Notes: generated from the sequence alone by a model not told the origin. Positions 18,335-29,214 are shown, counted from the first letter of the stretch. The stretch: DNA of 64,000 nucleotides from Candidatus Hydrogenedentota bacterium (GCA_963674865.2 CAXXYE010000009.1:1824001-1888000); one strand, 5' to 3'. Made by a program: numbers and translations.

Positions 18335-18452
18335 GGCGGACTCCTTTCATTCACCTTTGTTTCATTATAGCAGAGACCTCGGGGTGGACGGCGCGTCCGG
18401 CGCGGAGCGAGTGGAGTTACTGGGCGCAGAAGCGCCGGAGGCATGCGTCACG

Positions 18453-18614
18453 CTGATGGCGTCAAATTCCTACCGCGAGAGGTCGTGCAAGAAGCAGGGA
18501 CAGACACGTCTCGTCCGCCCGCGGCGGACTGCGCTTGCGTCAGTCCCCGTTCTTCGCTTCTTCTTGGTTGTTCTTCATCTGCGGACAAGTGACTTCGATC
18601 ATGAGTCAGAACAC
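18453..18614. repeat. Family-R repeat, uninterrupted copy
   Basis: Same termini and core hairpin as 7024..7175. Confidence 0.8.
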
Positions 18615-18818
18615 CAGGGGTCATCGCGGGAGTTGAGATCTGAGATCTCAGAACCGGAACTGTGCAAGCGGCGGGATTTGAATGAAGGCGGTCATTTGGG
18701 CAACCTTCTTGGTTGAGGCGTTCGTGCTCAATGCGATGGGAGAGTCACCGTGAAACATGTTGCCGTCTTCTTTGTGGCCGTGCCGGCCCTGTTCTTTGTC
18801 CAAACCGAGGTAGATGCC

Positions 18819-20549
18819 ATGACGTATAGTGAATCCGAACTCCTGGAACTACTTTCTCGTTCGCCCGGCAACGCGCTTTTGCCGGAACTAGGCGATCCTT
18901 CGGGAGTCCTTGCCACGGAGCGTGGGAAGGCCATCATGGAATGGGTCGACAGCGCCGCGGATCAGCCCATCCCGGCAACCACCTACACGCTGTATCGCAC
19001 GTTCAGGACTACCGGTGAACGGCCCCCTTATGAGAAGCCTTATTTCGAGAAGCGGAGGCTACTCGCGCAGCACGTCATCGGTGCATGGCTCACGGGCGAT
19101 CAGGCATACCTCGAACGCGTCAATGACCTGGTGTGGAGCATCTGCGAGGAGAGTACCTGGGTGGTGCCTGCCCACGAAAGGGAGGAGCCTTGGATTATCG
19201 ATCTTTTCGCGGCGGAAACCGGCGTTGAACTGGCGCACGTCCTTCTTGTCGTCGGGGAGCGTCTGCCGGAAGAGGTACGCACGCGCGTTCACGCTGAGAT
19301 CGAGCAGCGCATATTCGAGCCGTACCTAGAGCATGCCGGCGATTATTGGTGGGACAGCGGCAGAAACAACTGGACGGGCGTCTGCGCCGGTTCCATTGGG
19401 CAGACGTTCTTGCTCATGGAGCGGGATGTTGAGCGTCAGGCCAAGGCGCTGGCGCTTGTTCTGGGCCAGTTGGAGCGTTTCATCGACGTCGCCTTTGAAC
19501 CTGACGGCGCCTCGCTCGAAGGCATCGGGTATTGGAACTATGGGCTGCTCCACTATGTGGGGCTTGCCGAGATGCTGTACGCCCGTACGGGCGGGGTGCT
19601 CAACCTGCTTGGCCAGGAGAAGATGATTCGGATCGCGGGCTATCCGGCGGCCGCCGCGTTGGGCAAGCACGTGTTCGCCTCCTTTGCCGACAGTCACGAG
19701 CATTCGAGCGTGCGGCCCTTGCTGGCCGTGAGACTTTGCGAACGCACGGGCGTGAACGGCCTCGACGCCCAGATGGGTGATTGGCCGGACTGGCGCCTCA
19801 CGAGCGTGCTGCGCAATATCCTCTGGTGGGACGGGAGCGAAGGCGGCGAACCGGTGATTGAGAACGCCTTGCTTGAAGCGTCCGGCGTCGCCAAGCGGGT
19901 GGGGACGGCCGCGGGAAAGGGCGTCGTGCTTTGCGCAAAGGCGGGCCACAATGCGGAATCGCACAATCACAATGACGTGGGCAGCTTTGTGCTACGCATC
20001 GGCGATGTGACGTACCTCTGCGATCCGGGGGGCGGCCTCTACAATAAGGACTACTTCAGTTCGAAACGCTACGAGAACGTCTTTGCGAATTCCTATGGCC
20101 ATAGCGTGCCGCGCATCGGGGGCAACCTACAACCGGCCGGGGCCGAATGGCGCGGCGCCATGAAGGTGGATGAAGACGGGGCGATGCGGATCGAACTCGC
20201 GGATGCCTACGATGTGCCGGAGCTTGCGGGCTTCGAGCGTGTCCTGCGTGTCCAGGATGACGGCACGGTGCGCCTGGAGGATCGGTTCGGCTTTGATGGG
20301 GCCGGACTCGAAGTGGAAGAGGCTTTCATCACGTGGCTTGATGTCGAGGTGGACGGTGACGTGGTACGGGTTGTCTCGGAGGAGGGGACGTTGGAAATCC
20401 GCGGCGAAGGCGTTCAATTCGCGGCGGAACGTCTTGAGGAAGCGTGCCGGAAGAACAACAGGAAGGGCATGCTGACACGTATCACGGCTGTCTTCCCGCC
20501 AGCGTCGGAAACGGCGGCCGAGTTCACGATGGTGTTTGCCGGCCACTGA
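18819..20549 (+). CDS. Heparinase II/III family protein
   Basis: ICEES.W..PAH, DLFAAETG, NNW, DG...EG..YW.YG, HNHNDVGSF and NSYGHSVP motifs. GAGGT RBS before ATG 18819. Confidence 0.8.
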   Translation: MTYSESELLELLSRSPGNALLPELGDPSGVLATERGKAIMEWVDSAADQPIPATTYTLYRTFRTTGERPPYEKPYFEKRRLLAQHVIGAWLTGDQAYLERVNDLVWSICEESTWVVPAHEREEPWIIDLFAAETGVELAHVLLVVGERLPEEVRTRVHAEIEQRIFEPYLEHAGDYWWDSGRNNWTGVCAGSIGQTFLLMERDVERQAKALALVLGQLERFIDVAFEPDGASLEGIGYWNYGLLHYVGLAEMLYARTGGVLNLLGQEKMIRIAGYPAAAALGKHVFASFADSHEHSSVRPLLAVRLCERTGVNGLDAQMGDWPDWRLTSVLRNILWWDGSEGGEPVIENALLEASGVAKRVGTAAGKGVVLCAKAGHNAESHNHNDVGSFVLRIGDVTYLCDPGGGLYNKDYFSSKRYENVFANSYGHSVPRIGGNLQPAGAEWRGAMKVDEDGAMRIELADAYDVPELAGFERVLRVQDDGTVRLEDRFGFDGAGLEVEEAFITWLDVEVDGDVVRVVSEEGTLEIRGEGVQFAAERLEEACRKNNRKGMLTRITAVFPPASETAAEFTMVFAGH

Positions 20550-20766
20550 TCGGGGGAGCAAGGGCGAAGAAAAGTCTTTGCAATGTGGCACACATGTGCT
20601 AGTATGCAAACATAGCTTGTCGCATGCGACGAAGTCTGTCGTGGGACGGCGCAAGACAGTCTTGGTGGAGAGAGGCTGGCGGGGAGAGCGACTGGCGCAA
20701 TCGGTTTGTACCTTCCTTCCGTGCCTCATCATGTCAGGTGGTGGCTCCTACAGGAGGGTCGTAGCG

Positions 20767-23700
20767 ATGCTCAGATTTCCGCTTATACGAACATTTAGCA
20801 CAGTTCTCTTTACCGCAATGGCAACGATGGCCTTGACGGGCTGTCCAACACCTCCGCCGCATGTGAGTGCGGTGACGCCGAACGTCATCCCATCGACTAT
20901 TGCGATGACGCTCACCCTTACCGGGGAAGATTTTGTCGACGGCGCGACGGTCACCTTCACACGAGCTGACGGTGTTACCGTGATCGGCACTGTCGCGGCG
21001 ACTTTCGTATCCGACGATGAGCTGACGGTTGTCTCGCCGACGACCACGGCCATCACGAGCGTGGAGAGCGTGGCCGTCACCGTCACGAATCCCGACGACC
21101 TGGTGTCGAACGCGGTGAACGTGAGTTACACGCCTCCGCCGAGCGTTCTCACCGTTGCGCCCACGAGTGTCCCCGCGACTATTGCCACGGCGGTAACGCT
21201 CACGGGCGAGAGCTTCGAGAGCCCGGCGCAGGTCAGGTTCCGCCGGCCCGACAGCACGCTGATCGGGACGGTGAGCGGCACGGTGGTCGACGCGAACACC
21301 ATCACATGCACGACGCCTACCGACGCTACGGTGACGTCCGATACGGCGGTGCAGGTGGAAGTCTTGAATCCGGATGGCCAGGCATCGATTGACGTGGTGA
21401 AGGCCGTTGGTACTGTCACGTACCTTGCGCCGCCCACGGTGACGGCCGTGGCGCCCGATCCCATCCGGGCGAGTATCGCCGAATCGGTTATCCTCAGCGG
21501 CACCAATTTCGAGGCGGGTACGTCCGTGGCCTTTGATTTGCCCTTTAGCGGCTCGACGGCCGCGGGCAGCGTCTCGGTGGATTCGGCGACGCAGATTTCG
21601 TGCACGAGTCCGCTTGAGGCGAGCTTGACCACGGACACATCAGTGACGGTAACGGTAACGGCGCCGGATGGCCAAAGTGCAACGGGCTCCGTTATTTATG
21701 CCGCGCCGCCCACCATCGCGGTGGTAGCTCCTGATCCGGTTCGGGCGAGCATCGCCGAGTCGGTGACGATCACCGGCACGAACTTCGACACCGGCTCAAC
21801 GGTGGCTTTTGCGCTTCCGATCAGTGGGTCGACGGCCGCGGGCGGCGTCTCGGTGGATTCGGCGACGCAGATCACGTGCACGAGTCCGCTTGAGGCTGGT
21901 TTGACTACGGATACCTCCGTTACGGTAACGGTAACGGCCGCCGATGGCCAGAGTGCGACGGATAGCGTGGTTTATGCGGCGCCTCCTTCCGTTTCCGTCA
22001 TAGCGCCGGATCCGATCCGCGCGACCATCGCGGAATCCGTTACCATTACCGGCGCGAACTTCGACACCGGCTCGGCCGTGGCTTTCGGACTCCCGTTAAG
22101 CGGCTCGACGGCGGGGAGCGGCGTCTCGGTTGACTCGGCGACTCAGATTTCGTGCACGAGTCCGCTCGAGGCAGGATTGACGTCAGACACTTCGGTGACG
22201 GTGACGGTAACGGCTGCTGACGGCCAAAGCGGCTCCGGCACGGTGACGTACAGTGCCCCGCCCGTGGTCACTACGGTGGATCCGGATCCGATCCGGGCGA
22301 CGGTCGCGGAGTCCGTCACTATCACGGGCGCGAATTTCGAGACGGGCTCGACGGTGGCGTTTGAACTCCCCGACAGCGGCACGACGGCCGCGGGCAGTGT
22401 AATCGTCGATTCGGCGACTCAGATCTCCTGCACGAGCCCGCTCGAGACGAGCCTTGCCGCGGATACGCCCGTTGCGGTAACCGTGACGGCTCCCGACGGG
22501 CAGGCCGGTTCGGGCACGGTGACGTATTCCGCCGGGCCTAATGTGGACCTGGTCTCGCCGCATGAGGTGCCGACTCAGTTCGTGTTCCCGGTGGTTATTT
22601 CCGGAACGGGCTTCAAGACGGGCGCCTCCGTCACATTCGGCGGCGTCGCGGCGACGGGGATCGTGGTTGACAGCGCCACACAGATCCGGTGCAATAGTCC
22701 GGCCCAGCCGAGCATCACGGCACCGACGGCGGTGGATGTCATCGTGACGAACACCGACGGGCAGACGTCGGAAGATACCACGAAGATCTCGGGCATTGTT
22801 ACTTATTATCCGCCACCCGTCGCCAACAGCATCAGCGCGACGAATGTCCCGGCGACTATCTCGACGTCGCTGACGATCACCGGCCAGTATTTCCGCGGCG
22901 TGCCGCTGCCGGACGCGGTTGGGAATACGACGGTGATCTTCCGCGAGCAGGTGTCGCTCAACATCATCGACTCCGTTGACGCGGTCGTTGTGGATTCCAA
23001 TACGCTTACGTGCAACAGCCCGGTGCGTCTTGGGCTCCTGACGGACCTTGACGTGACGGTGCAGGTGGTAGGCCCGCAAGGCCAGGCGCAATCGACGACG
23101 GCCTTCAATGTGGTCTATGACGCGCCGCCGGTGCTGGACAGTGCGCTTTTCACGCCTGATCCGGTTACGTCGACGATCTCGCAGAGTTTCGCGATCACCG
23201 GTGGGGCGAACTTCAATCCCACCGGAGCGGACGTGATTTTCCGGCGCATGGACCAAGATGCCGATTTCGGCACGGTGACGGTTACGCCGACGTCGGATAC
23301 GCAGATCGACGGAAGTTCGGGCGGTGGGACTGGGACGCCGACTATCACCAGTCCGGTGATTGAAAGCGATATCACCGTCGAGGTCCGTGTTCGGAACAGC
23401 GATGATAACCAGGTGTCCGAGAATAGCTTGTCGATTACCTACACGGCGCCGCCGGCGATCACTTCGGTGCTCAATACCGCCTTGGGCGGGCCCGAAGTGC
23501 CTGCGACTATCGCCACTGGCGTAACGATCACCGGGCGCAACTTCGCCACAGGAGCGACGACGAGCTTCGCGTTGCCCGTTCTGGGGGCCACGCCCGGTTC
23601 ATCGACCACTGTGGACAGTTCTACGCAGATTTCCGACACGACGCCGCCGGAGGGTAGCGGCAATCTGACGGCCGACGCGGCGGTCGGGGTGACGGTTAGC

Positions 23701-26307
23701 AATCCCGATGGCCAGACGTCGAGCGCGGTTACCGTGAACTACCAGGCGGAGCCGTCCATCACCGCAGTCGCTACGGGCATTACGGTGGCGGACGTTGTGG
23801 GCGACGTGGTCCCGGCGACCATCGCTGTGCCGTTCACCGCAACCGTTACCAACTGCGTTATCGACTCGACGAACGCAGCGACGTTGGGAAGCGGCGCGCC
23901 GACGGTGACTTTCGCCATAACAACGCCGGCGGAGTCCTTCGACGCAACCGGGGTGGCGTGCTCCAGCGATACGTCGTTGGCGGGCACGACGCCCGGGACG
24001 TTCACCAACACGACGGATCAGGTGGCCACGGTGACTATCGTGGACGTGTATGGGCAGACCGGCACGGCTTCGGCGAATATCACCGTGACTGCGCCGCCGA
24101 CGTTGACGGAGTTCCAGGCCACCTTCAATCCCACGTATGGGCCGTTCACGGATCGGGACATCTTCCCGTCCACGGTGGCTTCGACGTTTGCCCTTACGGG
24201 CACCAATCTCCGCAGCGGGGCTGATGTCGAGTTCTTCGAGGACAGCTCCTTGGCCACGTCTCTGGGTGCGCAGGGCGCAACAAGCAGTGGGTCGAACACC
24301 GAGGTGACGGGCACGACGCCCACCATCAGCCCGGCGCTGACGGCCCACCTGACGGACGTGAGCGTGGTGCTCACCAACACGGACGGCCAGTCGAACCAGA
24401 CGCCGTTGTCGGGCATCAAGGCCGTTGCGCCGCCTGAGATTACCAGTGTGGCCAACAAGGATAGCGGCCTAATGGCGATGTTCGTTGCCAACGGCCCCGA
24501 GCGCAGCTTGTACGATGGGAGCGCGGGGCAGGCGTTGACGTTCGAGATCACCGGCACGAACCTCGATAGCAGCTCGCCGAATCCGCTTTACACGTCTCGT
24601 CCGGGCGCGGCCTTCCTGAGTCTGGGCGGCGGTGCGGTAGCTATCGACGGCACCCGCGGCACCGGGCCTTATCCGGACGCCGACGACGCCACGGGCGGCG
24701 ATGATCAGGGCCGGATCGCGAGCGATACGGCGGTGGAGTTCGAGCTTCAGGACAACGGCAATACCGATACCTACGGCTCGGAGCTGTTGGCTGATGTCTT
24801 CGGCTACCTGGACGTGATCAGTCTCACGGACTACACCGGCCAAGTTACGAGCGCGGGCATCGAGGACGCCATGCTGACGGCTCGCGGCTTCGCGAACGTG
24901 GGCGAAGGCCACGCGGTGGCGCTGGCGACGGGCAACCTCGATGGTTCAGCCGCCAAGTTCCCGGGCGACGAAGGCGCCGACCTGGTCGTGTTGACGAGTA
25001 GTGGGCTTTACGGTTCTCACGTTGACGTGTTTTACGGTACGTACGGCGAGGCGCTGCCCATCGATCCGGATGAGACATCGGACATCCCGTCCTTTGGTGA
25101 TGACGGTTTGACGACGTACGGGTCGCGCAACATGCTCATCACGGACTTCAACGGGGATGGCTACGGCGACCTCTTTGTCGGGATACCGGACTATAATTTC
25201 ATCGATAACTACGCCGGCGATGGCGAGGCAGGCGCCGTTTTCGTTTGGTACGGCACCGCCTCGGGCATCGATGCCGGTTCGGATGGCCCGGATATCACCA
25301 TCTTGGGCGAGGACGCGATCGATTACGGTCCGCATACCGGCACCGAAGGCTTCGGGGCCGCGCTGGCCACCGGCGATTTCAACGGAGATACGCTGCCTGA
25401 CCTCGCGGTGGGCGCGCCCGGCCAGTACGGCAAGGACGGTACGAAGACGTCGTCCGGCGTTGTCCATCTGTACCTGGGCAACGTCGATGGGATCACCTCG
25501 GCCGCGGCCGACCTGGTGTTCGAGGTGACGGGTACGCCCGCCTCCGGCGACCGCAGCGACAACTTCGGGCTCGGCATCGCCATGGGCGACGTGGACGGCG
25601 ACGGGGACGATGATCTCTTCGCCGGGGCGCCGGGATTCAACGGCCTCGCGGGCGACGATCTCGGCCGTGTGTGGATGTTTGAGGCGGACAGTAATCTGGA
25701 CGCCGCGAGCGACCGCACCTTTACCGGCGCGTCCACGGGCGCCACATTGGCCTATCCGAGTATCGCCGATGTCAACGGCGACGCGTACGCCGACCTTCTC
25801 ATCGGCGCGCCGGCGTTTGGCGTTGGCGGCGGCGAACTGAGGCTGTACATAGGCCAAGTCGACGCCGTTACCGGCGTGTTTGTCGTGACGCCGCCCTCAG
25901 GCGGCGATCCTGCCGGCGACGGCTCGCTCGTGATGAGCGCCAGTCCCACGCACTACACGCTTGGTACGTGCGCGGGCACGAAGCCCATCAGTTGGGCGGA
26001 CGGCATCGTTGTCTCGGCGGCGAACCTTGCGGGGCCAACGCTCGTTAACGGCCGCGTCGAGCGGTTCCTGGCTCAGTCCATCACGAAGGCGTTCACGTAT
26101 GACTTCGTCTCCGTCGAGACGCTCGACAGGCCGGAGGACCTCTTGCCGCATGCCGATGAGCAGTATGGCGCGTACGTGGAGGCCGCCAACGTCATCGATA
26201 CCGACGAATCCGGCCCGGATATCTTCATCAACATCCCCAGCGTCTCCGATGGCGATCGCTCGGGCTTCCTAGTGGTCTATCCGAGCGCGAAGACGCCTGT
26301 GAAATAG
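20767..26307 (+). CDS. 1846-aa surface lipoprotein with many IPT/TIG repeats and C-terminal FG-GAP (integrin-like propeller) repeats
   Basis: AGGAGG RBS; signal peptide ending ALTG-C; repeated PxVxxVxP...TITGxNF...VDSATQIxCxSP...V.VTNPDGQ; C-terminal DFNGDGYGDL, GDFNGD..PDLAVGAP and DVNGD.YADLLIGAP. Confidence 0.85.
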   Translation: MLRFPLIRTFSTVLFTAMATMALTGCPTPPPHVSAVTPNVIPSTIAMTLTLTGEDFVDGATVTFTRADGVTVIGTVAATFVSDDELTVVSPTTTAITSVESVAVTVTNPDDLVSNAVNVSYTPPPSVLTVAPTSVPATIATAVTLTGESFESPAQVRFRRPDSTLIGTVSGTVVDANTITCTTPTDATVTSDTAVQVEVLNPDGQASIDVVKAVGTVTYLAPPTVTAVAPDPIRASIAESVILSGTNFEAGTSVAFDLPFSGSTAAGSVSVDSATQISCTSPLEASLTTDTSVTVTVTAPDGQSATGSVIYAAPPTIAVVAPDPVRASIAESVTITGTNFDTGSTVAFALPISGSTAAGGVSVDSATQITCTSPLEAGLTTDTSVTVTVTAADGQSATDSVVYAAPPSVSVIAPDPIRATIAESVTITGANFDTGSAVAFGLPLSGSTAGSGVSVDSATQISCTSPLEAGLTSDTSVTVTVTAADGQSGSGTVTYSAPPVVTTVDPDPIRATVAESVTITGANFETGSTVAFELPDSGTTAAGSVIVDSATQISCTSPLETSLAADTPVAVTVTAPDGQAGSGTVTYSAGPNVDLVSPHEVPTQFVFPVVISGTGFKTGASVTFGGVAATGIVVDSATQIRCNSPAQPSITAPTAVDVIVTNTDGQTSEDTTKISGIVTYYPPPVANSISATNVPATISTSLTITGQYFRGVPLPDAVGNTTVIFREQVSLNIIDSVDAVVVDSNTLTCNSPVRLGLLTDLDVTVQVVGPQGQAQSTTAFNVVYDAPPVLDSALFTPDPVTSTISQSFAITGGANFNPTGADVIFRRMDQDADFGTVTVTPTSDTQIDGSSGGGTGTPTITSPVIESDITVEVRVRNSDDNQVSENSLSITYTAPPAITSVLNTALGGPEVPATIATGVTITGRNFATGATTSFALPVLGATPGSSTTVDSSTQISDTTPPEGSGNLTADAAVGVTVSNPDGQTSSAVTVNYQAEPSITAVATGITVADVVGDVVPATIAVPFTATVTNCVIDSTNAATLGSGAPTVTFAITTPAESFDATGVACSSDTSLAGTTPGTFTNTTDQVATVTIVDVYGQTGTASANITVTAPPTLTEFQATFNPTYGPFTDRDIFPSTVASTFALTGTNLRSGADVEFFEDSSLATSLGAQGATSSGSNTEVTGTTPTISPALTAHLTDVSVVLTNTDGQSNQTPLSGIKAVAPPEITSVANKDSGLMAMFVANGPERSLYDGSAGQALTFEITGTNLDSSSPNPLYTSRPGAAFLSLGGGAVAIDGTRGTGPYPDADDATGGDDQGRIASDTAVEFELQDNGNTDTYGSELLADVFGYLDVISLTDYTGQVTSAGIEDAMLTARGFANVGEGHAVALATGNLDGSAAKFPGDEGADLVVLTSSGLYGSHVDVFYGTYGEALPIDPDETSDIPSFGDDGLTTYGSRNMLITDFNGDGYGDLFVGIPDYNFIDNYAGDGEAGAVFVWYGTASGIDAGSDGPDITILGEDAIDYGPHTGTEGFGAALATGDFNGDTLPDLAVGAPGQYGKDGTKTSSGVVHLYLGNVDGITSAAADLVFEVTGTPASGDRSDNFGLGIAMGDVDGDGDDDLFAGAPGFNGLAGDDLGRVWMFEADSNLDAASDRTFTGASTGATLAYPSIADVNGDAYADLLIGAPAFGVGGGELRLYIGQVDAVTGVFVVTPPSGGDPAGDGSLVMSASPTHYTLGTCAGTKPISWADGIVVSAANLAGPTLVNGRVERFLAQSITKAFTYDFVSVETLDRPEDLLPHADEQYGAYVEAANVIDTDESGPDIFINIPSVSDGDRSGFLVVYPSAKTPVK
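21427..22530 (+). repeat. Four 276-bp (92-aa) intragenic tandem repeats encoding IPT domains
   Basis: Unit starts at 21427, 21703, 21979 and 22255; the next unit starts at 22531. Confidence 0.85.
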
Positions 26308-26477
26308 GGCCCATACGCGGCTGAGTCGTGGCTTGTCGATTCGACACGGCCGGGATCGCGAGAGCGCTCCCGGCCGTTCTATGTGACGGCTCCTTCGCGG
26401 GTGGACGAGCTACGCAGATTCTCAGGCAACTGAGGCAGCCTTTGGCCGGTAGGCGTTCGGTATGGTAGTATCCGCCG

Positions 26478-27755
26478 ATGTTTGGTTTCAGAAAACGGCG
26501 AAAACGCGCGCTGGTGCTCGGTATGGACGGCGTGCCGGAGCCGCTCGTCCGGCGTCTGGCCGAAGAGGGCGTCATGCCCTTCATGGGCGAGTTGCTCCGC
26601 CGCGGGACGCTTCACCGGATGCGCTCCGCCCTGCCCGAGGTCTCGAACGTCAACTGGTCGTCCTTCATGTGCGGCGCGAATCCGGGCCAACACGGCATCT
26701 TCGGCTTCACGGACCTCAGGCCCGGCTCTTACGCGATGACGTTCCCGTCCTTTCCCGACTTGGCCACGGATACGCTTTGGGACGCGTTGGGCGCGGCGGG
26801 CAAGCGGTGCCTCGTTATCAACCAGCCCGGTTGCTATCCTGTCCGTAGCATTCCCGGGGCGGTGGTATCAGGCTTTGTGGCCGTCGATCTGAAGCGCGCC
26901 GTGTCGCCGCAGGCGCATCTGGCTCCTCTCCAACGGATGGCGTACAAGATCGACGTCGACACACGCCTTTGCCGGGATGATGCGGACGCGCTCTTCCGCG
27001 AACTCGACGCGTGTCTGGCCGCGCGGAAGGCCGCGGCTGAGTATTTCCTGCCGCTCGAATCGTGGGACTTCGCCGAAGTGATCATCACGGGAACGGATCG
27101 GCTCCAGCACTTCCTCTGGACTTCCTGCGCCGGCGCCGGCCCTGAACGCGAGCGCGCCCTGGCGTACTACGCCCGGTGCGACGCCCTTTGTCGGGAGTTG
27201 ACGGAGATGTTCTACGGCAAGGACGAGCCGGAAGGCCTGTTCATGCTGTCCGACCACGGCTTCACGGCGGTTGAGAAGGAGTTCAACCTGAATGCCTGGC
27301 TCCGCGATGAAGGCTACCTGAGCTTCGAGAAGGAGCCGCCCGAGTCCTACGCAGACATCTCAGGCGTGTCCGTCGCCTTCGCGATGGATCCCGGCCGGAT
27401 CTACCTCCACCGTGAGGGGCGCTATCCGAAGGGCGGCGTCGAGGATGATGGTGTCTTGGGCGAGATCAGGGAGAAGCTCGAGGCGCTCGAGTACGGCGGG
27501 GAGCGGGTGTTCCAGCGCGTGTGGCTACGGGACGAGATCTATAGCGGGGAGCAGACTCCCAAGGGCCCGGACCTCGTCTGTACGCCGCGCAGGGGAATTG
27601 ACGTGAAGGGGGCCATCAAGCGGCGGGAGCAGTTCACCGACACGCATTTCACCGGTATGCACACGTGGGATGACGCCTTCTTCTGGAGCGCCGAGCGTCA
27701 CGACGACCTCACCATCAGCGACCTCCGGCGGATCGTCTGCGATTACCTCACCTGA
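26478..27755 (+). CDS. Alkaline-phosphatase superfamily / type I phosphodiesterase-nucleotide pyrophosphatase protein
   Basis: VLGMDG, S.VNWSSF..G.NPG.HGIFGF, DRLQH, SDHGF and GMH motifs. Confidence 0.85.
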   Translation: MFGFRKRRKRALVLGMDGVPEPLVRRLAEEGVMPFMGELLRRGTLHRMRSALPEVSNVNWSSFMCGANPGQHGIFGFTDLRPGSYAMTFPSFPDLATDTLWDALGAAGKRCLVINQPGCYPVRSIPGAVVSGFVAVDLKRAVSPQAHLAPLQRMAYKIDVDTRLCRDDADALFRELDACLAARKAAAEYFLPLESWDFAEVIITGTDRLQHFLWTSCAGAGPERERALAYYARCDALCRELTEMFYGKDEPEGLFMLSDHGFTAVEKEFNLNAWLRDEGYLSFEKEPPESYADISGVSVAFAMDPGRIYLHREGRYPKGGVEDDGVLGEIREKLEALEYGGERVFQRVWLRDEIYSGEQTPKGPDLVCTPRRGIDVKGAIKRREQFTDTHFTGMHTWDDAFFWSAERHDDLTISDLRRIVCDYLT

Positions 27756-27792
27756 TCCGCCAATACGCGCGCCTCGGCAATGGTTCTTTTTG

Positions 27793-27819
27793 GACAGGAT
27801 TTACAGGATTCACAGAATT
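27793..27819. repeat. 9-mer tandem repeat (GACAGGATT TACAGGATT CACAGAATT)
   Basis: Read directly; lies between convergent genes. Confidence 0.7.
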
Positions 27820-27940
27820 GATCCTGGGAATCCCGGTGCGCGAATGACGCAGGCGCGATTATCTGCGCTCCATCCACGCCCGCTCGCCTGACGGGCCGAT
27901 CCGGCCGGCCTCATCAGTACCGGCGGAATTCGGGGACGCA

Positions 27941-28879
27941 TCATCGGCGGGCGCCCGCCCAGCGCATGAAGCCTATGGCCGCGTGCCGGGCCATTCCGTA
28001 CACGGCGAAGGCAACAAGGGCATAGATCACCAAGAACAAGAAGCTGAATCCGAGCCCTTTAGCTATGGGGGGCCATGGTGTAGCATTCGATGAGTAGAGG
28101 ATCAGTACTATGCGGCGGATGTCTCTTACTGACGATGACAGCCACATCCAGATGATCCACAGGCCCGCCGCGCCAGCCACAGCGCGGACTTTTCGTGGCG
28201 GCCTATCGCACCACCAGAGCCATGCCATGCAATTGAGCACTGGAGAGACCACCGTGACGATCAGGATGAGTCGCGAGAGGTCTGCGCTTCTGGCCAAGGC
28301 TGCCGGCGCCGAGCTTATGTGCGGCTGTGGTATTGGCGCGAACGACTGCAAGATTAGCAAGATGACTATGGAACCTACGAAGTACGCAGGACGCCGCGTG
28401 ATGAACCATGGCGTATGGCCCGTGTCAAGACGGCGTTGCCAGTACCAGAGCAGCAACCATGAGACGAGGGCGCTCAGGACGCCGGTAGCAGCATACATTG
28501 CCAAGAAACCAGTAAGCCCGCGAGCAGGCGGCCACAAGAGTAACACGGCGCTTGCCAGGCAGAGGCAAACGACGCTTATTCCCGTTGTGGCGATCAGCGC
28601 TGCGGCAAGCCGCCGGGCCAGGCTTACGTCGGCTTCGTAGGCGTGGACGTCTTGCAGTAGTCCCTTGATGGCCGCCGGATCGCCGAAGTGCTCGCGGACA
28701 AGTATGAGGGCGTCTTCCTCGGTGAGTGCCTCCTCGCCGTCGAGGTAGGCTATCAGCTTGTCCTCCATGTGATCATAGAGTTCCTCCTGGATTTCCGCGT
28801 CCAGATGGTGGGCCACGGAGATCTTCTTGCACAGGGCCCGAACGGCCGTGCTCGCATCAGGACTCAGTCTGTCAGTCAT
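27941..28879 (-). CDS. Membrane protein with an N-terminal permease-prefix domain 1 (PadR partner)
   Basis: EIQEELYDHMED...EEDA....FGDP followed by about 6 TM segments; start overlaps the padR stop. Confidence 0.75.
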   Translation of the reverse strand: MTDRLSPDASTAVRALCKKISVAHHLDAEIQEELYDHMEDKLIAYLDGEEALTEEDALILVREHFGDPAAIKGLLQDVHAYEADVSLARRLAAALIATTGISVVCLCLASAVLLLWPPARGLTGFLAMYAATGVLSALVSWLLLWYWQRRLDTGHTPWFITRRPAYFVGSIVILLILQSFAPIPQPHISSAPAALARSADLSRLILIVTVVSPVLNCMAWLWWCDRPPRKVRAVAGAAGLWIIWMWLSSSVRDIRRIVLILYSSNATPWPPIAKGLGFSFLFLVIYALVAFAVYGMARHAAIGFMRWAGARR

Positions 28880-29201
28880 TGTGCATCTCCCCAAGACGCA
28901 GAACCATTTGGCTAAAGGCGTTCCACTCCTTCGTGCGTTCGGCGAGGGCCTCTCTGCCTTCAGCGGTGATGTAGTAGTACTTGCGGCGACGCCCGGTATC
29001 GGCTTGTTGCCATTGCGTGCGCACGAGCTTGGCCTTCTCCAGCTTGTGCAATACCGGATAAAGCGTGCCTTCCTGCCAGAGAAAGACGCCCTCGGCCTCT
29101 GCGTTGAGACTTCTGACTATCTCGTAGCCGTAGCTCGCGCTCTTGGCCAAGACGCCGAGCACGAGGAGGCCGGTCGATGCGCCAACGAGTTCCTTGTTCA
29201 C
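28872..29201 (-). CDS. PadR family transcriptional regulator
   Basis: SYGYEI, EGTLYPVLHKLE and RKYYYIT..G motifs; GGAGG RBS before GTG 29201. Confidence 0.9.
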   Translation of the reverse strand: MNKELVGASTGLLVLGVLAKSASYGYEIVRSLNAEAEGVFLWQEGTLYPVLHKLEKAKLVRTQWQQADTGRRRKYYYITAEGREALAERTKEWNAFSQMVLRLGEMHND

Positions 29202-29214
29202 GACGGACGCCCTC

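Noticed and set aside
18750..18818. GTG-KHVAV... as a fourth M[KR]H-leader peptide
   Set aside because: It is in frame with the heparinase gene, lacks the basic leader, and has no clear separate RBS or stop.
20536..20766. N-terminal extension of the 1923-aa ORF
   Set aside because: It overlaps the upstream gene; the AGGAGG RBS and the lipoprotein signal define ATG 20767.
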